A stretch of DNA of 59,930 bases, counting the filler, from Dugesia japonica (Eukaryota), in assembly GCA_001938525.1 (NCBI GenBank). It is 6 parts of 6 records of this genome, joined end to end, with 100 filler letters (N's around TTAATTAATTAA, not from the genome) between each part and the next. Parts side by side here need not be neighbours in the genome. Positions count along the whole stretch, not along the records: positions 9,186 to 18,482 come from MQRL01611053.1; positions 18,583 to 27,913 come from MQRL01461686.1; 4 more parts are not named here. One strand, written 5' to 3'. Below are positions 12,885 to 23,900 of the stretch, piece after piece. Within the stretch, counting starts at the first letter, position 1, and the number at the start of each line of letters is the position of its first letter. The notes beneath the pieces were generated by a model. It had not been told where the DNA came from. It made no database searches and saw nothing but the letters and a program-made list of their open reading frames with translations. The position numbers and the translations under genes were made by a program.

Positions 12885-15335
12885 TTGGTGTCACAAAATA
12901 TTACGATCATAAGTCAGTAAATTTTTATTCGTCCTTTGGGTTTGCTACTTTTATAGAAGGCATCTAATATTAGCAAATACTCACGGTGCTCCTGAGAGCC
13001 CCTATATTAACTTATGGCATTTACAACAAGTCCTGATATCAAGATCACGGAAATGAGATCCCTGGCAAAGAATTACAAGGATAAGGAACATTACCATCAA
13101 ATTGCCGAAAAGAAAGATATCTGTATGATACAAAAAACGTTATGAAAATGTAGTTAAACTGTGCATAAATAGAGTTGAAGACATAAAATACGTGTAAATA
13201 ATTTGCCAGTAAAAAGAGTATTTGAGAGGAACACACAACCCGTGATTATGGAAGATAGAACACAAGTGATGAAGCCAAAACCGACAGTATCAATGAAATA
13301 TTTGGCAAGATGTTATTTTAATAGACAGAGAGGATTTCTAGAACCTCGTGAAGAAAACCTCTAATGTTATTGCTGCGGGGAACATGGGCATAAACGATAT
13401 CAATACTCATTAAAAGACAAATGTTTAATTTGCAGCAAGTCTGGTCATAATTTTAGATCTTGTTCGATTGTACAGGGTTTGTCTAGTAGAAGGAACACCA
13501 AACGTTTGGGTATTCAAGAGGAATTGGACGATTCAAAAGAAGACGATAAGAGCGTGACAGATAATGATGTAATAATGGGAAAAAACTAGAACGACTCCAT
13601 TGCTTACATTTCGTCGATGGAGTCAGTATAGAAAAATATAAAATAAATCGAAATGATGATGAAAGAGGAGAGATGTTTGAAAAAGAAGATGAGGGAGAGT
13701 GGAGTAGAGTAGATGTTAATGAGTAAAGTTATAGATTTTGTGGGATTCAGGAGCTTCGGTGACAGTCATGAGTAAAAACTATTAGATTAAAATAGGAAAG
13801 CCATTGTTCTCGATGTATAATATCAGATTAAATGAAGCATTTAATAAGGATGGAGAAAAATCGTTGGGTATAGCAGAATTAAGTATACAATGGAACAAGA
13901 AAGTCAGGAAAGTTAAAGTCATCATAGTTAGACAGATCAACCCAGAATTAATAGGCGGTATTGATGCAAAGCAATGTTTTTTCTGCATTGGTTTTTTGAA
14001 CGACACACAGAAACCAATCAGTTCACGATTCCAGACGCGGATGAAAAATTTGGGAGAGTATGATTTTGAACTAAGTATAGAAAAGGCGAAGAACACAACA
14101 ATGTGGATGGGTTTTTTAGGCTAAAGAGAGTTTATATTCACAATGTAGCATGAAAAACATAGACGCAAAATGAGAAAAAGCGAGGGTGAAACATATTAAT
14201 TGAATTCAACGTGAGACCAATATAATTACAATGATTTGACAGGCTCAGACAGAAGATTCAGTAATACAAAGTTTGTAGAAATGTTGCAAGAAGAAGGTTT
14301 AGAGACTAAAAAGAGTGATCAAGTAAGTTACTGGAATAAACTGAAGCACGAATTGAAAATAATGAATGATTTGTTAGTAGTGGAAAAAGGATATAAATTT
14401 ATGTAAGTAGTTAGTAGCTAGTAGTAATAAAAGAAATTCNNNNNNNNNNNNNNNNNNNNNNNNNNNNNNNNNNNNNNNNNNNNNNNNNNNNNNNNNNNNN
14501 NNNNNNNNNNNNNNAGACAATTAATACAAGTATTGATAAATTTGAGATGTGAGCCAAAAGGAAAGTAGTACAAAGTCGTACAAAAGAAACTCTCATACCG
14601 TGGAGAAACCAAAATTTTTTAGAACAAATCATAGTGGACATAGCTTATATGGAACAGAGCAAGTCTGCAATGAAATATATGGTGGTAATTATTGATTGCT
14701 TTAGCAAACTAGTCACTTTATCTGCAGTTTCAAAAATGGATGAAAGGATGATTTTTATGATAATTTTGAACAAATGGATATACCGTTTTGGTAAACCAAA
14801 ATCAATTCTGACTGACAGATGATAAGTGTTTGAAAGTCAAGTGATGGCTAAGAAACTAGGAAAGTTTAGAATCGTACAGGAATTTAGTTCCCCGTATCCA
14901 CATCCGTCTAATTGTTTGGTAGAACATATGATCTGAACAGTGGGGGATATGATTACGATATCAATAAAAAGGAAATGTAATGAGAAAGATTGGGAGACAT
15001 TATTACCTAGAGTAGAATTTAGTATTAATGATACAATACAAGAGTCAAAAAAATTCTTTCCTTTTGAAATCGTATTTGGTTGAAAGATAAATATGCATAC
15101 CAAAGAGGAAACGCTCTCAAAAGGAAGGACAGATAAAGAAGAGATAGTGCGACAGAATTTGAAGAATGTGGCGCAGAAATTGGAAAATTTCGAGAAAGAT
15201 AAGCGAGGACAAAGATAATTTAAAGAGGGAGAGTGGGTATTAATCCGAGTAGAACCACTTAAACAAAGGAAAAACGGTTTGCTGTATAAATAGAATGGCT
15301 AAAAAGATGGAAAACGTTTTGAAGGAGGGGAGAGT
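12885..15335 (+). mobile_element. Degenerate, internally deleted Ty3/Gypsy LTR retrotransposon (gag zinc knuckles, protease region, RNase H end, integrase)
   Basis: PBS-like tggtgtca at ~12885. CYCCGEHGH..KCLICSKSGHNFRSC knuckles at ~13363-13463. RNase H tail KPISSRFQT..LGEYDFEL..YRKGEEHNNVDG at ~14010-14115. Integrase DIAYME..VIIDCFSK..WIYRFGKPKSILTD..SPYPHPSN.LVE at 14634-14940. PPT-like aaggaggggagag at ~15322-15334. Confidence 0.85.
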
Positions 15336-15479
15336 TATGGAAATTCGAAATGACGTTGTTTGAATAATACGAATTAACGTTAATTTATATTTATTAAAGA
15401 TTCTAATCTTAGTTGCTATTGAAATATGATAGAGTACAAGGATATTGTAACTATTAGAGTTGCCAAATTTCTTGCAAAT

Positions 15480-16040
15480 CAAGCCGGGACTTGCCCATGG
15501 GAATCGATGTTAAATAATAGTTAGTTAGCTATTATGTAGTTTGAATATTATGTAAAGTGTGAACAGGATATGAATATGTCCTATTCCTTCAATGTTTGCT
15601 CAAATTTCAATTATCAATTTACTGTGCACATTGTTATTTCCTTTTCTTTGTTGTCTGCCAAAATTAGCATTGGCATAGTCGCCACTATATCTTTTTAAAA
15701 TCTATTTTCAAACCATTTAACATGTGCATACAAAAATTGACTACCATCTGAAGATTCCCCTCTAAATTCTTCAATTTTAACAATGATTTGAAAACTTGGA
15801 CTTCTGAGCATTTTGAAAGGTTTGTTCGGGACTCATGGTTATCAGGCTTAAAACCAGCGGCAATCCCGATTAATCGAAACGATACATAATACAACTTTTT
15901 AAAGCTTGATTTAGTACATTTGAAGGCTAAACTTTAATACAAAAAATATAAATTATTTTCCTGTTTTTGGGTTGAATGATTTTTGCGTGCGAGGCCCTAA
16001 ACTTTAAGTTCTACAGCTTATTAGTGAATCTGAGAATGGA
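15480..16040 (-). mobile_element. hAT-superfamily transposase relic
   Basis: Minus strand SGDYANANFGRQQRKGNNNVHSKL...IEGIG.HIHIL resembles the DN-NFGG-NNV / GIGC-AHIL block of hAT-like transposases; a ggccctaa..agcttattag subterminal-like motif lies near 15990-16025. Confidence 0.5.
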
Positions 16041-16298
16041 TAAATCTAAGAACTACTGGATACTTCTAAAAAACATTTTTAATTATATAAATTAACGAAT
16101 GAAATTTCATGTAACTCTTAATAAAATAAATCTTTTTAGAACTAATAAAAATCCAATTGAAATAATATTTACTTCACATATTAAATATTTGTTTATTAAT
16201 AATTAATAAAATTTAGTTAAATTTTATTAAATTTTGAAGCGTTAAATTGGTTATTTCAAATTTCGAGATATTCCTTAACCATTATATATATCAAATAT

Positions 16299-17669
16299 TC
16301 ATTGATAAAGTGTTCCTTTACAATATTCTTTTGGTGATATTTTGAAAATCTTTAAATTGATATTATTATTAGAAATAATTTCATTGTTATTACAAGAAAG
16401 CTTTTCATTAATTTTTATTCTTCCATGCTTGTAAATTGATTCGAAATTAGAAATGATAACAGGTATAGGTAGAGCAATAAATAATACTCCGGTAATTGCA
16501 CATAAAGTTCCAATAATTTTACCCAAAATTGTAATTGGATAGATATCCCCATAACCAACAGTTGTAATAGTAATAATAGTCCACCAAAACGAATCTGGAA
16601 TACTCAAAAACAATGATCCATCAGTTTCACCTTCTGCAAAATAGATCGCACTACTAAACAATACTACACAAATTATTAAGAAGAATATTAATAATTCGAT
16701 TTCTTTGGAACTAGCTCTAAGTGTTTTTCCAATCATTTTCAATCCCATTGAATATCGCGATAATTTGAATATTCGAAAAACTTTAAAGAATCGAATAATT
16801 TTCAGAGTGGATAAGACATAAATTCGATTACCCAATTTTTTATCTTTTACAAGAAGAATCACAAGAGATATTATATAAGGTATTATGGCTATAATATCAA
16901 TGATATTCAAAGTATCTTTCAAAAATTTTAATTTCATTGGTGAAAAGGCAAGTCGAATAAGTAATTCGATAGTAAACCAACTCATGCAGCATGTTTCTAA
17001 AATAAAAAGCACATTATTCTGATCATAGACAATCAATATAACATCTCTTGATGATGATTTAGTGTGATTTAAATGATAATCATGCTTAAAATAAGGTATT
17101 GTTTCAAGGCAAAATATCAAAATTGACAGTATAATAATAAGTTCAGAAAATATCGAAAAACATTTTGCATAATTTGAACTATTTGGATATTCCAATATTA
17201 ACCAGACTTGTCGCTGAATTTTGCTTTTAGGTAAAACGATTTTTTCTGACTTTTTATATCTTTCAAAACGTCTAAAACAATCAATTATTTCATGATTAAA
17301 TTCAAAAAATTCCAGTTCTTCTAAAAATATATCAATGTCTACATTATTTGGTCGACGAAGACGACCTCCACTTTGATAATAATACAAAATTGCATTAAAA
17401 GACTTTCGATGACGATCAAAGAAATATTCATTCTTTAAAGTATCATAGTATTTGTTTCTCTTTAATGAACTTCCGAGTAAAGTATTTGGAAATTTCAATA
17501 ATGTAAAAAGATATGTTTCAAATATCAAACCACTTACATTAATTATAATTTTACGATTATCAGCATTATTTTCTTCTCGATTGACAATAATTTCTATTTC
17601 AGATTTCTGATGTTTTGTAATATATAAATTATTATCACTTTCAATTGGATTTATTGAATTATTTTTCAT
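16299..17669 (-). CDS. Voltage-gated potassium channel, Shaker/Kv1 subfamily, intronless, 456 aa
   Basis: T1 domain (IINVSGLIFET..FPNTLLG..EYFFDRHRKSFNAILYYYQSGGRLRRP), S1-S6, S4 KIIRFFKVFRIFKLSR, pore FWWTIITITTVGYGD, S6 ALPIPVIISNF; uninterrupted from ATG to stop. Confidence 0.95.
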   Translation of the reverse strand: MKNNSINPIESDNNLYITKHQKSEIEIIVNREENNADNRKIIINVSGLIFETYLFTLLKFPNTLLGSSLKRNKYYDTLKNEYFFDRHRKSFNAILYYYQSGGRLRRPNNVDIDIFLEELEFFEFNHEIIDCFRRFERYKKSEKIVLPKSKIQRQVWLILEYPNSSNYAKCFSIFSELIIILSILIFCLETIPYFKHDYHLNHTKSSSRDVILIVYDQNNVLFILETCCMSWFTIELLIRLAFSPMKLKFLKDTLNIIDIIAIIPYIISLVILLVKDKKLGNRIYVLSTLKIIRFFKVFRIFKLSRYSMGLKMIGKTLRASSKEIELLIFFLIICVVLFSSAIYFAEGETDGSLFLSIPDSFWWTIITITTVGYGDIYPITILGKIIGTLCAITGVLFIALPIPVIISNFESIYKHGRIKINEKLSCNNNEIISNNNINLKIFKISPKEYCKGTLYQ

Positions 17670-17797
17670 TTGAAAATTGAATTTATATATAAAAAATGAA
17701 TTTTTAAAAAAATTTAAAAAAATTATAAATTATTTACATTATGAAATTTAATATTTTGTTATATAATTTATTTACTATTTAATGATAATGTTTACAT

Positions 17798-18205
17798 CAG
17801 TGTTTTGCAATGTGAGGCGTACGCCCCACAGGGGGCAATTGAAAAAATGAATTTTTAAAGAATGCCAATTTAACCATATGGCCATTCTTAGTCATCTCTC
17901 AGGCTTAGTAAACATTCAGTATGGAGTGCAAATAACCTTTGGCCCCCCATTTCAATATTTCGTGCCATTTTTACTGAATATCTCACAGCGAGTGACTCCG
18001 TTTATAAGAGCAAATATATAAGAACAATGCAATAATATTATTAGGTATCCGAGATGCATACAGATAACTTCGATTTAAATACCTGAATATTTTATCATCA
18101 TCATAAGATACTTATTGAACAATTAAAAAATTTATTTTTGGGGGGACATATTAAAATTTTTAAAGCTTTGGTGGGGCATGGCACGAAAAAGGTTGGGAAA
18201 CACTG
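17798..18205. mobile_element. hAT/Charlie-like MITE just upstream of the Kv gene
   Basis: TIRs cagtgttttgcaa / ttgggaaacactg; TSD gtttacat on the left and gtttac(N) on the right. Confidence 0.75.
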
Positions 18206-18354
18206 GTTTACNNNNNNNNNNNNNNNNNNNNNNNNNNNNNNNNNNNNNNNNNNNNNNNNNNNNNNNNNNNNNNNNNNNNNNNNNNNNNNNNNNNNNNNNN
18301 NNNNNNNNNNNNNNNNNNNNNNNNNNNNNNNNNNNNNNNNNNNNNAAAAGATAA

Positions 18355-18415
18355 ATAATATAAAACGATCAATAGTTATGTCCAACAATTATTCTCGCAA
18401 TAATTGCAATTTTAA
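18355..18415 (+). repeat. Abundant short interspersed repeat (aaacgatcaatagttatgtccaacaattattctcgcaataattgcaat); other copies ~28685-28745 (+), 30590-30840, 51090-51150 (-), 59805-59930 (-)
   Basis: The same ~55-nt motif recurs on several contigs, often abutting masked N runs, and is joined to the aaagcttcgatcaaaa PLE-associated motif at 30640-30840 and 59850-59930. Confidence 0.8.
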
Positions 18416-18418
18416 AAG

Positions 18419-18419
18419 A

Positions 18420-18482
<63 letters not shown>
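18419..18482. repeat. (ATT)n microsatellite at contig end
   Basis: About 21 perfect ATT units. Confidence 0.95.
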
Positions 18483-18650
18483 NNNNNNNNNNNNNNNNNN
18501 NNNNNNNNNNNNNNNNNNNNNNNNNNTTAATTAATTAANNNNNNNNNNNNNNNNNNNNNNNNNNNNNNNNNNNNNNNNNNNNATTAGTTTTTCATAGATT
18601 TTTATGGTTTTCCATAATTTTCTAAGGTTATTGAATATCTTGATTGTATT

Positions 18651-19325
18651 ATGGTTAATTGTATGGGTAGCTTCTTTGAGTATATCTTCTATGTATTGAC
18701 TTATATATTATATGAAAAGTTACCAGAGTATAATATTGAAATGATGATTGAACCTGAGTTAGTTAATCATGAAGAAATAATGATTGAACCAGTGAAGTTA
18801 ATTAATAAAGAGAATAATTTTTCTAATCTCAAAATCACAGAAGAATTGGTTATAAAAGCATAAATCAATGTATGGATAAATGATAATGGAAAACGATCCA
18901 TAAATGTCATCAAATATTGAAAGTTTATATATCAAAGTGGAATACGAATGAAATCACTCTACCATACTCGATAGTTATTCAATTATTCAAAACGATTGTG
19001 GAAATGAAAAATGTTAAAATTAAATTTGGTATACATGTAGAATTTATCAAAGACCAAGAAACAAAAACTTGCAGATTATCAAATATATATGTCCCATTGT
19101 TCAATTCATTTTCGAAGATGGAATAAAACATACAAATTGGAAGAATTTTAATTTGAAGCGAGCTGAGATCTAGTTATATACTGAGTTGTATACTAGAAAA
19201 AAATTTTTAAATAACAAAAATATCAGACATCAGCAGACTATATACCAACACCGAAAAACTTGTAAAAGAAAAAAGTTATTGTTAACGTAAAGAACAACGA
19301 GTATTTTGTTTTCCTTATTTTACTT
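18651..19325 (+). mobile_element. Polinton/Maverick (adintovirus-like) PolB N-terminal relic
   Basis: Fragments VKIKFGIHVEFIK, FEAS.(G)SSYIL and ADYIPTPKNL*KKKVIVNVKNNEYFVF resemble the GSYIPLP..KKAIINIKN.D..CF motif found ahead of Polinton-type PolB; many stops. Confidence 0.55.
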
Positions 19326-20289
19326 AATTCATTTAAACAAAATAATTAAATAAAAAACATTTGACTTTGAAAAAATACTTTGAGTTGTTTTATTAATCAA
19401 TCGTTATTTATAGCCCTAAAGATGGTCGGCACACGTTAATGATTATAATAATAATGATTATAATANNNNNNNNNNNNNNNNNNNNNNNNNNNNNNNNNNN
19501 NNNNNNNNNNNNNNNNNNNNNNNNNNNNNNNNNNNNNNNNNNNNNNNNNNNNNNNNNNNNNNNNNNNNNNNNNNNNNNNNNNNNNNNNNNNNNNNNNNNN
19601 NNNNGAATTATGTGAGAGAATACATGTTTAAAGTGCAAATTCTCACGGTTAAAACAATAATATTTTGAAGCTCACCATTCCATGAAAATTAACGAAAAAT
19701 TTGTATAGTTTAAGGTGTGAAAGTTCACTTCATATCTATAAAAAAACATTTTAACAATAATAAAAATAATGTGTGAAAATTTACACGACAATTAAAAATC
19801 ATTATACAACGGATGAAAAGAGAATTTTTTTTTAAAGAAATGAAGGAAAAAAAAATAGTAGAATATATATTTTATGCTTAATTCATTTTCCAAGTCTAAC
19901 AGTAATTATTGAATTAAAGAACATCTCAGATAGAAAGAAAATGAAGTCTTCAAACACTTTCAAAACAAACATAATGTTTTACAAGAAAATTAATAAATTA
20001 AACCACTAACTGAATAATCAATAGGTAAATGATGATAGCGAGTATTATACAGTTTAGCGAGTTTAGATACTCAACCGATAATATTAACAATTGAAATTGG
20101 GAGAACCCGGATTCCGATATAAAATTCATTTAAAAATTTCTTATTATTTAAACATAGGCTGCTCAACCGAATTTATAAAAAATCCCATGGAAAGTTTTTA
20201 AAAAAATTGAAAATTTAAACAAATTCGACTTTTCACATGAACTTCATTAAAATTCAACCCAAATTTACCATTCCCGAGAAAGAAAGAAA

Positions 20290-20450
20290 GTTCGAAATTT
20301 CCCGAACGAAACCTAACGAACCAAATTCAGTTATCGCAAATTCTCTGTACGCCAGAAATAATTTTCTTCTTACATGTGCGGCATTTATAATTTTTCGCTA
20401 ACAAAATAATAGAACATGTCGAAAATGCATTTTCTCGTCATCCTTGTCAA
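20290..20450 (-). mobile_element. Mariner transposase N-terminal fragment
   Basis: EKMHFRHVLLFC*RKIINAAHVRRKL..AY.E.AITE resembles the mariner HTH start (HFRHILLF.F.KG.NAA). Confidence 0.6.
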
Positions 20451-20916
20451 ATATCCCACCTAAAAATAATTTGATATATTAAAACAAATTTACCTTTAAA
20501 TCAAAATAGATTTGTAAATTGTTGTAATGAGTATTTTTTAATTTTTAATTTAATAAGTTCAAACTGTCTTTGGTGCTTTAAATTAAGAATAAAACATGGA
20601 CACAAAAAGCGAAATTACTTTCCAAACAACCAAATAAAATGTGTGAAATTAATCGTTTTGATATTGAAAAGTATTCGGATTATTTTCCTAAAAATAGGTA
20701 TTTATAAGTAAAGCAATTTCTTTAAATACCTAGCGATATTTAAAGCATATGTATAAAATTTTCCTTTACCAGCTAATAAAAGTTTAAAAATAAATTAAAC
20801 TTTTCCAATTATTTGTAATTATATAAAATTAAATTCTTTTAAGCAATACCATTTCAAATTAAGTAAGTGTGATAGAAAACTTTAAAAGCGAATTAAATTA
20901 TTTTAATAAAGCTTAC

Positions 20917-23900
20917 CAAGGTAGCATTTTGACTCCGTCGATCTTCTTTAGCAGTAGAAAAGATTTTCTTTTTTGCTAAATTAGCTGCTTGTCTACATGG
21001 TTTAGAAGGCATATTTTGAATTATTTGCAAAATTTTTTGATTAGCAGTTTTTCCAAATTCATTTTTATTGTTATCATCAGATTTTTGAAGAGAGAAAACA
21101 ATTTTTTCAGAATGAAAAGAACTACCTTCTAACTTTGACAAGTCTTCATTAGTTGATTTAAAAAGTTTAATTTTAATCGGTTTCTGATATTGAGAATCAT
21201 CATTAGATCGAGATTCTGAGGTTAAATGAGATATTTCTTGATTTAAATAATTTCTTAAATCTTGATTAGTATTATAAACATCAGAACAAACTGTATCATG
21301 ATTTAAAGAGTATTTCCTTTTTCTATTTTTGCGTTTTATTTCATTATTAAGTTCAGCTAGTTTTTCATATTCTTCAGAAGAATTCATTTTATAAGTTATA
21401 TCATCAGATCCAATTATACTACTAAGAAAATGCCTCAGTTTCTTACGCTTTTTCGAATTTTTTTTATGTTTTTTAATATTCGTTGATTCTTCTAATTGAT
21501 CAGGATCTTTTTTTTGAACTTTAATTTTTAATGAAAATGAACCATAATTCCTAGAAAAAGTTTCAACGTTATTCGAATCTAAATACGTGTTAAATTCATG
21601 ATTTGGAGAATCATTTTCAACATTAATGGATTCATTATCATCATTATCAAGATTTTCATTGTAATCTTTAGATTGTAAAACTAGATGCGTAATACTATCT
21701 TTTAATAATTTGACATTTTTATCTAATTTGCCAGAATAATTTCTATAACAATTCAAAATAATTTTAGATTTAGATTTTAATTTATTCTTGAAAATTCTGT
21801 GAACACTTTTTCTCCATAAAGATTTTTTTATAATTTTGTAAACATTAACTTTAGTTTTAATCTTCTTCAAAATAGACCCTTTTAATTTTTTAAAAACATT
21901 TCTTTCAATTTCTTTTAAATTAATTGAATTTATAACATCAATCGCAGAGGTCTTAAAATTATTTCTGAATGAATTTTCTAAATTTGAATCAATTTCCTCT
22001 TTGTTATTAATCATATCACTGTTAACTGAATTAGACGATACACTTAAATTAGCAATTATATCATTATGGGATAGTTTTTCAATAGAACAAATTGGCGTTT
22101 TTAATTTAATATTATTTATAAGATCATTATCATTCTCTAAATTAATATCATGATGTATTTCTGATTTTTTGCACAATCGATTAAATAATGGTCTTTTTAT
22201 TTTTTCTTTCCGTTTTACAAAATTAGTTTTTTGTCGGCATTTGGTTCTTAAGGAATATGTTTTTTGAAAATCTGATACTTCATTTTGTTTCTTTACAATT
22301 GGTTTCTCAAAATTTTTTGATTGATTCGACATATTTGATAAATTTTTATTTTCGCTTAAGTTACTATCAATTAAATTATCATATTCTTTCCTTTTTATAT
22401 GACTGCTGTGATCAGAAATTTCATCTATTTCAACGATAACTAACGGAGCATCTAAACTTTCAATATCATCTGTATCTGAAATCGGTTCATCAGTATTATT
22501 AAAACTCTGAATTTCAATAGTGGCACTATAAGAATCTGGAATAAACTGATTATACATCGAAGTATTAATCAATATATTGCTAGGTTTTATAACTTTTGCA
22601 AATTGACTGCAACATTGAAATCTACAAGGAAAATCGTTTAGACTCATATCTATCAAAGATGCATATTTTATATTGTCGTTTTTCACGTTTGATTCTAAGC
22701 CACTGTAAATTCTCAGTTTTTTATTAATTTTTCGAACTGGATAAAACTTTTTATTAATAAACTCTGAGGTGTGATTATAAGCGTAACGCTTATTTTCCAC
22801 AAAATTTGCAGTCTGGCAGACATTAACGTTAACCGTTGGATATAAAAAATTCTCTATCACAGATTCAATAATTATAGCTTTATTTTCAAAGAAAGCTAAA
22901 TGGAAATCTATGTTTTCATATTCATCTGCATTATTTTTTATCATAGCATTGTTAATATTGTATTGCAGGAGTTTGGTTTTTCTGAATTTCCTCATTCTCT
23001 TAAATTGATTAAGTTTACTATTACTTTTTAAAGTATCTTTTTTATTAATCTCTGACATATTTTGGACATAATTATTTTTACTTCTTTGAATTTTCACATA
23101 AGAGTTGTGTTCTATAAAGTGTTCATTTTCACGCTTAATTGAAATGCTATTCTTTCTTAAATTGTATTTTCTGATAACGTTTGAGTTTTTATAATCAGAT
23201 TTAAATTGATTTAGAATAGTTTTTGAGAAAGGAGGTATTTTTATGTTTGAAAGACGAACATCAATATCATCATTTGTTACAATATTTGAATTATCAATTT
23301 GAGTCTGTAGATTGGATAGTTGATCGATATCTGTACAAGAATTAGAATTACTAATCATATTAATATCGATAAAATTTTCACTTGATTTTTTTTCTGATAA
23401 TTCATGAGAATTTAATGAAATTAAATTCAATGAAATTTCTTTGTTAGAAATATTCTTTTGTGGAACTTTGCTTTTTGAATTCGAAGAAATTTTGTGTCTT
23501 GAAATTGCCTCATAAAATGAGTCAAAGGATTTAGATATAGAACCTTTGGAACGAGTGCATCGCTTAAAATCTGTACTTAACTTTTGCTTTTCTGAAAATT
23601 CAGCCTTTCGCTTAGAATTCATTTTTTTATCAATAGCTATAGAAAATTTATTTTCAATAAAATTAATAGATTGATAAATGGCCAATTTTTTAGGAGGTTT
23701 TCTAAGACGCCTTTGCCTATCTCTTGGAATATCAAACATATTTTCAATTTTATTAATTTTAAATTCTTTAGGAGGATGAATTACTTTTTCGGATTTTTTC
23801 CCTTTCTTCTGTTTTTTTAATGTACTACATACTGTATTTTTAACTTTGTATTTCTGTGATTTATTTATGGGACAATAATCAACATCTAACTCATCAGTTC

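Noticed and set aside
175-17669. PKD2 and Kv1 as an ion-channel gene cluster
   Set aside because: They are separated by an artificial spacer at 9086-9185, so adjacency is unproven.
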